Origin: an uncultured Chloroflexia bacterium
GTDB lineage: Bacteria > Chloroflexota > Limnocylindria > Limnocylindrales > CSP1-4
DNA: 64,000 nucleotides
Direction of reading: 5' to 3'
Assembly (NCBI GenBank): GCA_963850555.1
Contig: CAWKLT010000023.1
Location: 3,257-67,256 of the forward strand
Part shown: positions 12,662-24,692 of the stretch, one piece after another
Layout of the letters: every line of letters begins with the position of its first letter
Position numbering within the stretch: position 1 is the stretch's first letter
The notes under the pieces: generated by a model
The model's database searches: none
Told to the model about the DNA's origin: nothing
What the model saw: only the letters and a program-made list of their open reading frames with translations
Position numbers and translations under genes: made by a program

Positions 12662-15600
12662 CTCCGCGGCCCCGCGTCATCAGCTCGCGGGCAGGAGCCT
12701 CACCCAGCGCGCCGGCGATCTCCGTGGTCATCCCGACCCATCGGCCGGCTGAACGTCTCGCACCAACGCTCGACGCCCTCGCGCAGCAGACGCTTGGGGC
12801 CGATCGGTTCGAGGTCATCGTGGTCCTGGACGGACCCGACCGTGGACGCGCCGAAGCGCTCCGGGACGCCACCCACCGGTTCCGGTTCGAGGTCCTGCTC
12901 TCTCCCGGCGTGGGCCGCGCGGCCGCGTGCAATACCGGGGTGGCCGCCGCGCACGGGGACATCGTCCTCCTGCTGGACGACGACATGGCCCTCGCCGCCG
13001 ACGCATTGGCGGCTCACGTCGCTCGCCACGCGAGGGGTCGCCGGCTCGGCGTCATCGGGGCGGCGCCCGTTCGCGTCCTCCCTGGGGCACCCTTCGCGGC
13101 TCGCTTCGTGGCGCGCCGGTTCGGACGGCATCTCGCCAAGCTCGGCCGACCCGGATACGCGATCGATGTCCGGGACGTGTACATGGGCGCGTTCTCCATC
13201 GAGCGCGCCGCGTTCGTGGCGGTCGGTGGCTTCGACGACGGGTTCATCGAGTACGGAAACGAGGACGGGGACCTGGCGGGCCGGCTGCTGGCGGCCGGGG
13301 TCGAGCTCGTGTACGCGCCCGAGGCGATCGCCCACCAGGACTACGACAAGTCGTTCGCCGACCTGGCGAACGATCACGTGGCCAAGGGCCGGACTGCGCT
13401 GCGCTTCCTCCGGCTCCATCCCGAGCGGTCAGCCGAGTCGCCGCTGCATCGTCGAGGCCGAGGCTCCTGGCGCCGGCGACTCGTTCGACCGGCACTGCAG
13501 CGGATCATCGCGTTCCCGCACGCTAGGCAGACGCTCCTGGCGGCAACGGAACGGGCTGCCGGCACGATCGAGCGCCTGCATCCGGCACTGGCCGATCGAC
13601 TCGCGGCGGCTGTATTGGATGCCTTCTTCTGGAGCGGCGTCCAGGCTGCGATCCGGGAGGCCGCTACGCACACGGACGGTCGCCGGACCGTGGTCCACTA
13701 CACGGACGCGGAGACGATGGGTGGCGCCGAGCGTATCGCCCTGACCCTGCTGACGGGGCTGGATCGCTCTCGCTGGCGGCCGGTGCTCGTCGCCCATGCC
13801 AACCCCGGCATCGTCGCGATGCTCGACGAGGCGCGTGCGGCGCGGATCGAGGTCCGAGTGGTCGCTCTGATGCGCGGTCCCGGCGGGCTCCTGGCGGTGC
13901 CCGCCCTCGCGCGGACCTTCCGCCGGCTGCGGCCGGACATCATCCACGTGCATCGATCCTGGGCGCAGTCCGGCAACGTCGGCGTCGTGGCAGCGATCTT
14001 GAGTGGTTCGGCCGCCCGGGTCGCGACCGAACACCTGTACCTGCCGACCACGCCTCGACGAGCGATCTGGGTGCGACGGACGCTCGACCGTTTCATGGAT
14101 CGCACGGTCGCTGTCTCCGCCGCCATCGGCGAGGTCCTGGCGGATCGATTCCATGCGCCTCCAGACCGGCTCGCGGTCATCCGCAACGGCATCGCGCCAC
14201 CGCAGGCACCTGACCCATCGGCCGTGCGGACCTTGCGCCGCGAGCTCCTCGCGGGCCGCGACGGGAAGATCGCGCTCGTGGTGGCCCAGCTCGTGCTCCA
14301 GAAGGGCCACGCAACGCTCATCGGGGCGATGCGCGACGTGCCGGATGTCGTTGCGGTCTTCGCCGGTAGCGGCCCGGAACGCGACCACCTCGTCCACGAG
14401 GCGGCCGCGGCCGGGGTCACGGACCGTGTCCGGTTCCTCGGGCACCGCGCGGACATCCCGGCCCTCATGGAGGCCGCGGACGTCGTGGTCCTGCCGTCGC
14501 TTGCCGAAGGTCTGCCGCTCGCGATCATGGAGGCGTTCGCGTTAGGTCGGCCCGTCGTCGCATCGTCCGTCGGTGGGGTCCCGGAGCTGATCGAGGACGG
14601 CGTTACTGGCCGCCTGGTCGGAGCGGGCGACGCGTCCGGGCTGGCGGACTCGATGCGCGGCGTCCTCGACGATCCCACTGCCGCGGCGAGGCTGGGATCC
14701 GCCGCCGCCGACCGCTACGCGTCGTCCTTCACGGCGGAGCGGATGGTCGCCGAGACCGAGGCGCTGTACGACGGGCTCCGGGGCGAGCACGCCCGACCTG
14801 GACCAGCGGGCTCGGAGGTGGTCAGTCGAACGCTCGACTGGCGGTTCCTCGTGGGTGGCGACCGATACGAGCGAATCGCCACGTTCGGTCCCGCAGTTGA
14901 CGGTCTCGCGTCGATCACCGACGAGGTGGTCGACGGTCGGACGGCACCGAGGGGGACGGCGGACGTTGGGTTCGCGACCCTCGGGGATGGGGCAACACTC
15001 GCGCGGCTGTACGACGTCCTCCGTCCAGACGGCACCGCGGTCGTGCGACTCGACCGACTCGGCGGCGTCGACCGCAACATCGTCCACGCCGGTTTCGCCC
15101 GTGCGCGGGTCGTCGCCCCGTGGCCATCTGCCGAACGGGCGCTCGCATGGATCCCGCTCGACGATCCGGTCGCGCGCGCGAGGCTGCTCGGCCGCGCCCG
15201 ACCTGGCCCGCGGGCACGACTCGGAGCTTGGCGACGTGGCCTCTGGGCATTGCGCCGCGAACGCGGCCTGGGCGGCCCAGTCTTCGTGATCGCGAACAGG
15301 TCGACCGATGCCCCGACCCCGGTGGATCGGGCGGCCTGGGCGGATGCCCACGGCGACCAACTCCCGGGGCCACTCACCTGGGCCCTGCTGACGGGCGGGC
15401 GAGAATCCGTGAGCAAGGCCGTGGCGATCGGCACGCGAAGGGGCTCGCGTGAGCCGGGGATCGTGGTGAAGTGGCCGCGGACCGTCACGGGCGGCCTCGG
15501 GCTGGCCAACGAGGTCGAGTCGCTCCGCCACCTTGCGACGGCCAGACCGGGTCTCGTCGAGCGGATCCCGGTGATCATCAAGGAACGCACGACGGCCAAC

Positions 15601-16269
15601 GGCCCGGCCGTCGTTGAGACGCTGGTACCCGGGGTCCCACTCGCTCGGGTGCTCTCCCGCGAACGGCACGCGTCGCTGGCGATCGACGCCGCCGACTGGC
15701 TCGCCGAACTTGCGCTGGATCACGCGTTCGAGGAACGTGACGCTTGGTGGCCCGTCACCGCGGCGCCCATCGTCGAGCGATTCGAGAGGCTGGTGTCCCC
15801 TGCGGTTACCTCCGATCGCCTCGCGGCCTCTCGCGAGCGCCTCGAGGTCCTCGGCCGTCTTCCGACCGTGTTCGAGCACCGCGATTTCGCCCCGTGGAAC
15901 CTGCTGGTCGACAAGGACGGCACCCTCCGTGCGGTCGATTGGGAGTCGTCCGTCCAGTGCGGGCTGCCGTTGCTCGACCTCTGGTACTTCCTCACGTACC
16001 TGGCGCTTGCCGTCGAACGGGTCCCCGAACGGCGACTGGCCGATGTCTATCCGCAGCTCGTCGACCCGAGCTCGCGGACGGGACGAGTGACGGCATTGGC
16101 CGTCGACCGCTATCTCCAACGGGTCGGCCTCGATCCCGCGGCGGTCTCTGCGCTGAGGGGGCTCACCTGGATGGTCCACACGCCCTCCGAGCTCGAACGC
16201 CGGCCGCCGGACGCGGACCCGAGCAGCACCATGTTCGTCCGGCTGTGGGCCTACGAGATGTCGACCTGA
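12658..16269 (+). CDS. Multidomain glycan-assembly protein: GT2 + GT4 + methyltransferase-like spacer + APH/choline-kinase-fold kinase
   Basis: Single uninterrupted 1203-aa ORF.
- aa ~20-260: ISVVIPTHRP…FEVIVVLDGPD…GDIVLLLDDDM (GT-A).
- aa ~345-725: TVVHYTDAETMGGAERIALTLL…FLGHRADIPALMEAADVVVLPSLAEGLPLAIMEAFALGRPVVASSVGGVPELI (GT4).
- aa ~735-870: …ATLARLYDVLRPDGTAVV… (degenerate methyltransferase-like).
- aa ~900-1200: IVVKWPR…NEVESL…FEHRDFAPWNLLVDKDGTLRAVDWES (kinase catalytic-loop HxDxxxxN and DWE motifs; HRD at 15877-15885).

Neither domain junction has a hidden stop in any frame. Confidence 0.8.
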   Translation: MTPRPRVISSRAGASPSAPAISVVIPTHRPAERLAPTLDALAQQTLGADRFEVIVVLDGPDRGRAEALRDATHRFRFEVLLSPGVGRAAACNTGVAAAHGDIVLLLDDDMALAADALAAHVARHARGRRLGVIGAAPVRVLPGAPFAARFVARRFGRHLAKLGRPGYAIDVRDVYMGAFSIERAAFVAVGGFDDGFIEYGNEDGDLAGRLLAAGVELVYAPEAIAHQDYDKSFADLANDHVAKGRTALRFLRLHPERSAESPLHRRGRGSWRRRLVRPALQRIIAFPHARQTLLAATERAAGTIERLHPALADRLAAAVLDAFFWSGVQAAIREAATHTDGRRTVVHYTDAETMGGAERIALTLLTGLDRSRWRPVLVAHANPGIVAMLDEARAARIEVRVVALMRGPGGLLAVPALARTFRRLRPDIIHVHRSWAQSGNVGVVAAILSGSAARVATEHLYLPTTPRRAIWVRRTLDRFMDRTVAVSAAIGEVLADRFHAPPDRLAVIRNGIAPPQAPDPSAVRTLRRELLAGRDGKIALVVAQLVLQKGHATLIGAMRDVPDVVAVFAGSGPERDHLVHEAAAAGVTDRVRFLGHRADIPALMEAADVVVLPSLAEGLPLAIMEAFALGRPVVASSVGGVPELIEDGVTGRLVGAGDASGLADSMRGVLDDPTAAARLGSAAADRYASSFTAERMVAETEALYDGLRGEHARPGPAGSEVVSRTLDWRFLVGGDRYERIATFGPAVDGLASITDEVVDGRTAPRGTADVGFATLGDGATLARLYDVLRPDGTAVVRLDRLGGVDRNIVHAGFARARVVAPWPSAERALAWIPLDDPVARARLLGRARPGPRARLGAWRRGLWALRRERGLGGPVFVIANRSTDAPTPVDRAAWADAHGDQLPGPLTWALLTGGRESVSKAVAIGTRRGSREPGIVVKWPRTVTGGLGLANEVESLRHLATARPGLVERIPVIIKERTTANGPAVVETLVPGVPLARVLSRERHASLAIDAADWLAELALDHAFEERDAWWPVTAAPIVERFERLVSPAVTSDRLAASRERLEVLGRLPTVFEHRDFAPWNLLVDKDGTLRAVDWESSVQCGLPLLDLWYFLTYLALAVERVPERRLADVYPQLVDPSSRTGRVTALAVDRYLQRVGLDPAAVSALRGLTWMVHTPSELERRPPDADPSSTMFVRLWAYEMST

Positions 16270-17441
16270 TGCACATCCTCGTGATCACCGACGGGTTCCC
16301 GTTCCCGCTCACATCGGGTCGACTCCGCCAGTTCCATTTCCTGAAGCAGCTGGGCCGGAGCCATCGCATCACCCTGGTGTCGGCGGTGCCGCCCGATCAC
16401 CCGGCGGAACACGCGGCCGCCCTGGCCCATGACCTCGAGCGGATAGAGACCGTCCACTCGCGCCGGCTTCGACGCGGCGTCCGTGCGAAGACCTGGAGCC
16501 GCATCCGACCCGAGGGGACCGCCGGCATCGAAGCGCGGATCGCCGCGCTCCACGCCCGGGACCGATTCGATGTGGTCCTCAATGCCCGGTTGCCCTTGCC
16601 GCTTCGTGAGCTTCTTCCAGGTGTCCCGATCGTCACCGACATCTGCGATGCCGTTTCCGACTCACTCTTCGCCCAGATGCGGTTCGCGCCGCCGTGGCAG
16701 GCGCCGTTGCTGCTGGCCAAGCATCTTGATGCCCGCCGCGACGAGGACCGGATGGCAGCCGAGTCCGACCATCTGCTCTTCGCCTCGGGGCGCGACCGCG
16801 CTCTACTGGCCGCTCGACGCGAGTCCATGCCACCGACGACCATCCTGCCCAACGGCGTCGATGTCGGCTTCTGGCAGCGGCGGACCCCGGCGCTTGGTCG
16901 CGATACCGTCGTATTCGCCGGCGCGATGCCCTATGGCCCCAACGAGGATGCGGCCATCTACCTCATCCAGGCGATCATGCCGATCGTGCGCCGCTCGCGA
17001 CCTGATGCCCGGCTACTGATCGTGGGTCGAGACCCCCGGCGGCGCCTGATCGTGGCGGCGCGGGGGCAGCCCAACGTCGAGCTGACGGGGTTCGTGACGG
17101 ACATGCGCGATCACCTCGAGCGCGCCTCAGTCGTGGTCGCGGCACTTCGCTACGCAACGGGGATCCAGAACAAGATCCTCGAGGCGATGGCGATGGCCGT
17201 GCCCGTGGTGACCACGCCGGTCGCGGAGGCAGGTCTGCTCAGCCGCGGCGACGATCGGCCACCCATCGCCGTCGCGTCGGACCCGGTGCGCATCGCGGCC
17301 TTCACGGTCCGCCGGCTCGACGCGGCGGATGACGGCGCCGGCCCCGATCTGGCGGCCCGAGGGTGGGTCGGCGAGCGGTTCCGCTGGGACGCGATCGGCT
17401 CCCAGCTCGACGAGATCCTCCGGACGACCCGCCCGGCCTGA
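16269..17441 (+). CDS. Family 4 (GT-B) glycosyltransferase
   Basis: The ATG at 16269 overlaps the preceding stop (TGATG). MHILVITDGFPFPLTSGRLRQFHFLKQL… C-terminal …LTGFVTDMRDHLERASVVVAALRYATGIQNKILEAMAMAVPVVTT…. Confidence 0.8.
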   Translation: MHILVITDGFPFPLTSGRLRQFHFLKQLGRSHRITLVSAVPPDHPAEHAAALAHDLERIETVHSRRLRRGVRAKTWSRIRPEGTAGIEARIAALHARDRFDVVLNARLPLPLRELLPGVPIVTDICDAVSDSLFAQMRFAPPWQAPLLLAKHLDARRDEDRMAAESDHLLFASGRDRALLAARRESMPPTTILPNGVDVGFWQRRTPALGRDTVVFAGAMPYGPNEDAAIYLIQAIMPIVRRSRPDARLLIVGRDPRRRLIVAARGQPNVELTGFVTDMRDHLERASVVVAALRYATGIQNKILEAMAMAVPVVTTPVAEAGLLSRGDDRPPIAVASDPVRIAAFTVRRLDAADDGAGPDLAARGWVGERFRWDAIGSQLDEILRTTRPA

Positions 17442-17453
17442 AGGCGGCCAATG

Positions 17454-19070
17454 TCAGTGGCGGAAGTGGCGCGTCCCGGTGATGAGCATCGTGCCCTCGG
17501 CCGCATCGACCGCGGCCACGCCCTCGGCGTCGCGCACGGAGCCGCCGGGTTGGGCGAAGGCGCGCACGCCGGCCGCCAGGCACACCTCGACCGCATCGGT
17601 AAACGGGAAGAACGCATCCGAAGCGCACGCGGCGCCGACCGTGGACGCCACGCCGAGCATCGCGTGGGCCTTCGCGACGGCCTGTCGCGCCGCGTCAACG
17701 CGTGAGGTCTGGCCGCTGCCCAACCCGACGAGCCGGCGCTCGCGCACGAGGACGATCGCGTTCGAAGTCACGCCGCGGACCAGGCGCCACGCGAGGTCGA
17801 GATCGAGCTGCTCCTCGTCCGTCGGGGCGCGCCGGGTGGCACACGTCCACGTCGCAGGTTCGTCGGTGACGATGTCGGGCGTGGTCACCAGGACGGCTCC
17901 ACCGGCCGTCCGGATCGAGCCGATCGGCGACGCGGCGCCGGCCGCGACGGCGTCGTCGGATGCCAGCCGCTCGTCGACGAGCACGCGCAGGTTCGGCTTC
18001 TTCGCCAGGACCTCGAGGGCCTCCTCCGTGTAGGCGGGAGCGACGACGATCTCGAGGAAGATCGAGGTGAGCGCCTCGGCTATCGCTCGGTCGACCTCGC
18101 GCGTCAGTGCCACCACGCCGCCGAAGGCGCTGATCGGGTCCGCTTCGAGCGCGGCGTCCCACGCCTCGATCAGCGTCGCCCGCTCGGCGGCGCCACACGG
18201 GTTCGTGTGCTTGACGATGACGACCCCGGGGCCGCGCAGCGCCCGGCCGAGCCCGGACGCCGCCGCGGCGTCCAGCACGTTGTTGTACGAGAGCGCCTTG
18301 CCCTGCAGCGGGGCGCGCTCGACCCCGAAGAGGCCGTCGTCCAGGTTCGTGCCCGGCCGGCGGTAGCGCGCCGCCGGCTGGTGCGGGTTCTCGCCGTAGC
18401 GCAGGGTCTCGACCTTCTCGAACGCGAGCGTCAGCGTGGGCGGGTAGGGGTCGTCAGGCGCGTCGCGAAGGCCCGCGTCCACGAACCGGCCCGGCAGCTC
18501 CGCCGCGATCCGCGCGTCGTACGCCGCGGTGTGGGCGAACGCCTCGAGCGCCAGCTCGCGCCGGAAGCCGTCGTCGAGCCCGGACTCGCCGTCCAGCGCC
18601 TCGAGCACGGCGTCGTACCGCGCCGGCGACGTCACGATCGCGACGTTCGCGTGGTTCTTGGCCGCGGCCCGGACCATCGACGGTCCGCCGATGTCGATCT
18701 CCTCGATGAGCTCGTCGATCGTGATGCCTGGGCGCTCGAGCGCCGCTGCGAACGGGTACAGGTTCACGACCACGAGCTCGAATGGCGCGATGCCGGCACC
18801 GAGCAGCTGGCGGCGGTGGTCGTCGAGCCGGCGATCGGCGAGGAGGCCCCCGTGGACGCGCGGGTGCAGCGTCTTGACGCGGCCGTCGAGCATCTCGGGG
18901 CTGCCCGTCACGGCGGCGACATCGGTCACGGGCAGCCCGGCTTCGCGCAGCGCCCGCGCGGTGCCGCCGGTCGAGACCAGCTCGAAGCCACGGGCGACGA
19001 GCCCACGCCCGAGCTCGGCGAGACCCGTCTTGTCCGACACGGACAGCAGCGCGCGGCGCGGCAACGGCAC
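17454..19070 (-). CDS. purH: AICAR transformylase / IMP cyclohydrolase (PurH) module; C-terminal third of the 1121-aa ORF 17454..20819
   Basis: …RRALLSVSDKTGLAELGRGLVARGFELVSTGGTARALREAGLPVTDV…GRVKTLHPRVHGGLL… through …GGSVRDAEGVAAVDAAEGTMLITGTRHFRH*. An in-frame GTG at 19070 (VPLPRRALL…) is a possible own start. No stop separates it from purN. Confidence 0.9.
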   Translation of the reverse strand: MPLPRRALLSVSDKTGLAELGRGLVARGFELVSTGGTARALREAGLPVTDVAAVTGSPEMLDGRVKTLHPRVHGGLLADRRLDDHRRQLLGAGIAPFELVVVNLYPFAAALERPGITIDELIEEIDIGGPSMVRAAAKNHANVAIVTSPARYDAVLEALDGESGLDDGFRRELALEAFAHTAAYDARIAAELPGRFVDAGLRDAPDDPYPPTLTLAFEKVETLRYGENPHQPAARYRRPGTNLDDGLFGVERAPLQGKALSYNNVLDAAAASGLGRALRGPGVVIVKHTNPCGAAERATLIEAWDAALEADPISAFGGVVALTREVDRAIAEALTSIFLEIVVAPAYTEEALEVLAKKPNLRVLVDERLASDDAVAAGAASPIGSIRTAGGAVLVTTPDIVTDEPATWTCATRRAPTDEEQLDLDLAWRLVRGVTSNAIVLVRERRLVGLGSGQTSRVDAARQAVAKAHAMLGVASTVGAACASDAFFPFTDAVEVCLAAGVRAFAQPGGSVRDAEGVAAVDAAEGTMLITGTRHFRH

Positions 19071-19679
19071 GCGCGCATCGGCGCGCTCGAGATCGATCGT
19101 CACGTGCCGGCCATCGGCGGCGACGCCCAAGGCGCCGGCCAGCAGCAGGCCCACGGCCCGCGGCAGGAGCCGGTGCTCCACCGCCCGGATCCGCTCATGA
19201 AGGGATGTCCCGTCGTCGCCAGGGAGGATCGGTACCGCCTCCTGGGCCACGATCGGGCCGCCGTCGAGCGTGGCGTCGACGAGGTGGACCGTCACGCCCG
19301 TGACCGTGACGCCGTGCGCAAGGGCATCCCGGACTGCGTGCGCACCCGGGAAGGCCGGCAGGAGCGACGGATGGGTGTTGAGGATCCGTCCCTCGAACGC
19401 GCCCAGCACCGCGGGGCCAAGGATCCGCATGTAGCCGGCCAGGACCACGACGTCGGGACGTGCGGCTGCCAGCGCATCGGCGAGCACGACGTCCTCGCCG
19501 TCCGCGATCAGGGCCGTGTCGAGCCCCTGCTCAGCGGCCCAGTCGAGGGCCGGGCACGCCCGGTCCGCGAAGACCAGGACGATCTCCCCGCCCAGCTCGC
19601 CGCGCGTGGCAGCCGCCTGCAGGGCTCGCAGGTTGGACCCAGCACCGGAAACGCCGACCGCGATGCGCCCATCGCTCAC
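19071..19679 (-). CDS. purN: Phosphoribosylglycinamide formyltransferase (PurN) module; no in-frame stop before purH
   Basis: GTG at 19679: (M)SDGRIAVGVSGAGSNLRALQAAA…VVLAGYMRILGPAVLGAFEGRILNTHPSLLPAFPGAHAVRDAL…VTVHLVDATLDGGPIVAQEAV…HRLLPRAVGLLLAG…GRHVTIDLE… It reads straight into the PurH sequence. Confidence 0.88.
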
Positions 19680-20819
19680 GCGATCGACTCCAGCGCACCT
19701 TCCACATACCGGGCGCCACCCAACGATTCGGTCGGCGAGCACCTCGCCGACGATCGCGCTCTCGATGCCGTGCTCGGCGAACGCCGCCTGGGCCACGTCG
19801 GCTGCCGCGCGCGGCAGGACGGCGATCATGCCGAGCCCGCCGTTGAACGTCGCCCGCAGCTCGTCGTCCTCGAGGCCGCCGAGCGCGCCGATCAGGCGCA
19901 TGACGGACGGCACGCGCCAGCGCGCGGGGTCCAGTCGGGCGCCGAGCCCGTCCGGAAGCGCACGCGGCACGTTCCCCGGCAGTCCGCCGCCCGTGATGTG
20001 GGCGAGACCATGGAGATCGTGGCCGGCATCGACGACCGCGGCCCGCGCGGCGAGCACGGCCCGCGCGTAGATCCTGGTCGGCGTGAGGAGCACCTCGCCG
20101 AGCGTCGCCAGCGTCTCGTGGGGCGCGGCCGCGATCGCCTCGTCCGTCGCGGCGTCGCCGAGCGTTCGGCGCAGGCGGACCTGGTACGGCTCACCGAGGT
20201 CCAGGTCCCACTGGGCGATCAACCCACGCACGAGGGAGAAGCCGTTGGCGTGCAGGCCGGACGAGGCGAGACCCAGGACGACATCGCCGGCCACGACCGC
20301 GCTGCCGTCGATGACCCGCGACCGCTCGACGACGCCGATGCAGCATCCCGCCAGGTCGAACTCGTTCGCCTCGAGGACGCCCGGGTGCTCGGCGGTCTCG
20401 CCCCCGACCAGCGCGGCACCGGCCTCGCGACAGCCGGCCGCCACGCCACCGACCAGCTCCGCGACGTCGACCGGGTCGAGCAGCCCGACGGCGAGGTAGT
20501 CGAGGAACGCGAGCGGCTCGGCGCCGGTGCACACGACGTCGTCGGCGCACATCGCGACGAGGTCGATGCCGATGGTGTCGAACCGCCGAACGGCGGCGGC
20601 GATGACGGTCTTGGTCCCGACGCCGTCGGTCGAGGCCATCATCAGCGGCTCGCGGTAACCCGCGGGGATCGAGAAGGCGCCGCCGAAGCCACCCAGGCCG
20701 CCGACCGATTCGGGGCGGCGGGTCGAGTCGACGTGCTTGCGCATGAGCTCGACGGCGCGCTCACCCGCCTCGACGTCCACTCCCGAGTCGCGGTATGCCG
20801 AGCGTTCCGATGCGCTCAT
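19676..20819 (-). pseudogene. purM: AIR synthetase (PurM); the last ~13 codons are shifted into the purN frame by an indel near 19716-19724
   Basis: MSASERSAYRDSGVDVEAGERAVELMRKHV…MASTDGVGTKT…DLVAMCADDVVCTGAEPLAFLDYLA… A native-looking tail (G)ARYVEGALESIA* with a TGA at 19678-19676, overlapping the purN GTG (GTGA), is present in another frame. The shift lies at gttGGGtgg. Confidence 0.88.
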
Positions 20820-22362
20820 GAAGCGGCACCCTCAACGTGACGCCGTCACCCGCGCACCGAGGTCGGAGGCGGAGCTCCGCGACGCCATCCACCGAGGTTT
20901 CCGCCGCGGAAACGGGCTCTTCCAGGATGAACTTCCGGCTCGCGGCGTCATACGGGACCGGCTCCGGGTAGTTGCCGTCGAAGCAGGCGAAGCAGAACCG
21001 CTCGTACGGCAGGTCGAGCGCGGCCAGGACGCCACGGATCGAGAGGTACCCGAGCGTGTCGGCGCCGATGAACTCGCGGATCTCGGGCTCGGTCTTGGTT
21101 GAGGCGATGAGCTCCGTCTCGATCGAGGTGTCGATCCCGTAGAAGCACGGGTGGTAGATCGGTGGCGCGCTGATCCGGACGTGGACTTCCTTCGCCCCGG
21201 CCTTGCGCAGCAGCTCGACGATCTTCTTGGTCGTCGTGCCCCGCACGATCGAGTCGTCCACCACGATCAGGCGCTTGCCGGCCACGACCTCGCGCAGCGG
21301 GTTGAGCTTGATCGTCACGCCCCGGTGGCGCAGACCGGCCGACGGCTGGATGAACGTGCGCCCCGCGTAGCGGTTCCGGTACATGCCCTCGCGATAGGGC
21401 AGACCGCTCGCCTCGGCATAGCCCGCAGCGGCGGGAGCGCCGGTGTCCGGGACCGGCATGACCAGGTCCGCGTCGATGGCGTGCTCGATCGCCAGTTGCT
21501 CGCCCATCCGCCGGCGCACCTCGTACAGGTTGCGCCCCTCCATGTACGAGTCGGGCCGGGCGAAGTAGATGAGCTCGAACACGCACAGCTTCGGGTTCGC
21601 CTCGGCGTAGCGGATCGAACGCGGTGGCCGGCCGGGCTCCAGGACCACGATCTCGCCGGGTTCCACGTCGCGGATGAACTCGGCTCCGACGATGTCGAGC
21701 GCCGCGGTCTCCGACGACAGGCACCAGCCCTGCTGCGCCTCGTCGTCCCAGAGCGTGCCGTCGTTCGGGCCGCCGACCGCCCGGGCGCTGGCCGGCAGCC
21801 GGCCCAGGACGAGCGGGCGGAACCCGTGCGGATCGCGCACGCCGATGACCCGCTTCTGGTCGAGGATCACGAGCGTGAACGCGCCACGGACGCGCGGCAG
21901 GACCTGGAGCAGCGCCGCGACCGTGTCCTCGGCAGGCTCGTCGGCAAGCAGCGCGGTGAGGAGCTCCGTGTCGGTGGAGGCCGGGAGCCGCGACCGGCCA
22001 CCGCGAAGCTGCTCCAGGAGCTCTCGCGTGTTGACGAGATTGCCGTTGTGGCCGATGGCGATCGAGCGCCTGGGCCCCTGGCGGTACGTGGGCTGGGCGT
22101 TCTCCCAGATCGTGGAGCCCGTGGTCGAGTAGCGGCAATGGGCGATGGCCAGCGTGCCGCGCAGGCTCGGCAGATGCCGCTCGTCGAGCACGGTGCTGAT
22201 CATCCCGAGGTCCTTGTAGAGCATCAGCTGCTCGCCATCGCTGACGGCCACGCCGGCCGACTCCTGTCCGCGATGCTGGAGCGCGAACAGGCCGAGGGTC
22301 GAGATCGCTGCTGCCTCGGTGGGCTCGGCGCCCGGAGTGACCGCGCCGAAGACGCCGCACAT
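20761..22362 (-). CDS. purF: Amidophosphoribosyltransferase (PurF)
   Basis: The start was chosen at MCGVFGAV… (Cys-2 nucleophile). …ALQHRGQESAGVAV…IAHCRYSTTG…VVDDSIVRGTTTKKIVELLRKAGAKEVHVRISAPP…CFACFDGNYP. The 3' tail overlaps the purM start by 59 nt, so the true stop may be affected by an unresolved indel. Confidence 0.88.
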   Translation of the reverse strand: MCGVFGAVTPGAEPTEAAAISTLGLFALQHRGQESAGVAVSDGEQLMLYKDLGMISTVLDERHLPSLRGTLAIAHCRYSTTGSTIWENAQPTYRQGPRRSIAIGHNGNLVNTRELLEQLRGGRSRLPASTDTELLTALLADEPAEDTVAALLQVLPRVRGAFTLVILDQKRVIGVRDPHGFRPLVLGRLPASARAVGGPNDGTLWDDEAQQGWCLSSETAALDIVGAEFIRDVEPGEIVVLEPGRPPRSIRYAEANPKLCVFELIYFARPDSYMEGRNLYEVRRRMGEQLAIEHAIDADLVMPVPDTGAPAAAGYAEASGLPYREGMYRNRYAGRTFIQPSAGLRHRGVTIKLNPLREVVAGKRLIVVDDSIVRGTTTKKIVELLRKAGAKEVHVRISAPPIYHPCFYGIDTSIETELIASTKTEPEIREFIGADTLGYLSIRGVLAALDLPYERFCFACFDGNYPEPVPYDAASRKFILEEPVSAAETSVDGVAELRLRPRCAGDGVTLRVPLHERIGTLGIPRLGSGRRGG

Positions 22363-22366
22363 CCCC

Positions 22367-24691
<2,325 letters not shown>

Positions 24692-24692
<1 letters not shown>

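Noticed and set aside
19676-19730. Apparent PurM-PurN translational fusion inside the 1121-aa ORF.
   Set aside because: A native-looking PurM C-terminus (…ARYVEGALESIA*) with a TGA overlapping the purN GTG (GTGA) is present in another frame. A single indel in a GGG run at ~19716-19724 explains the read-through.
20761-20819. 59-nt overlap of the purF 3' end with the purM start, considered as a possible programmed feature.
   Set aside because: The PurF tail after …KFILEEP is non-conserved and Arg/Gly-rich. Stops in the other two frames lie right at the purM ATG (one forms ATGA with it). An unresolved indel is the simpler explanation, though I could not locate it.
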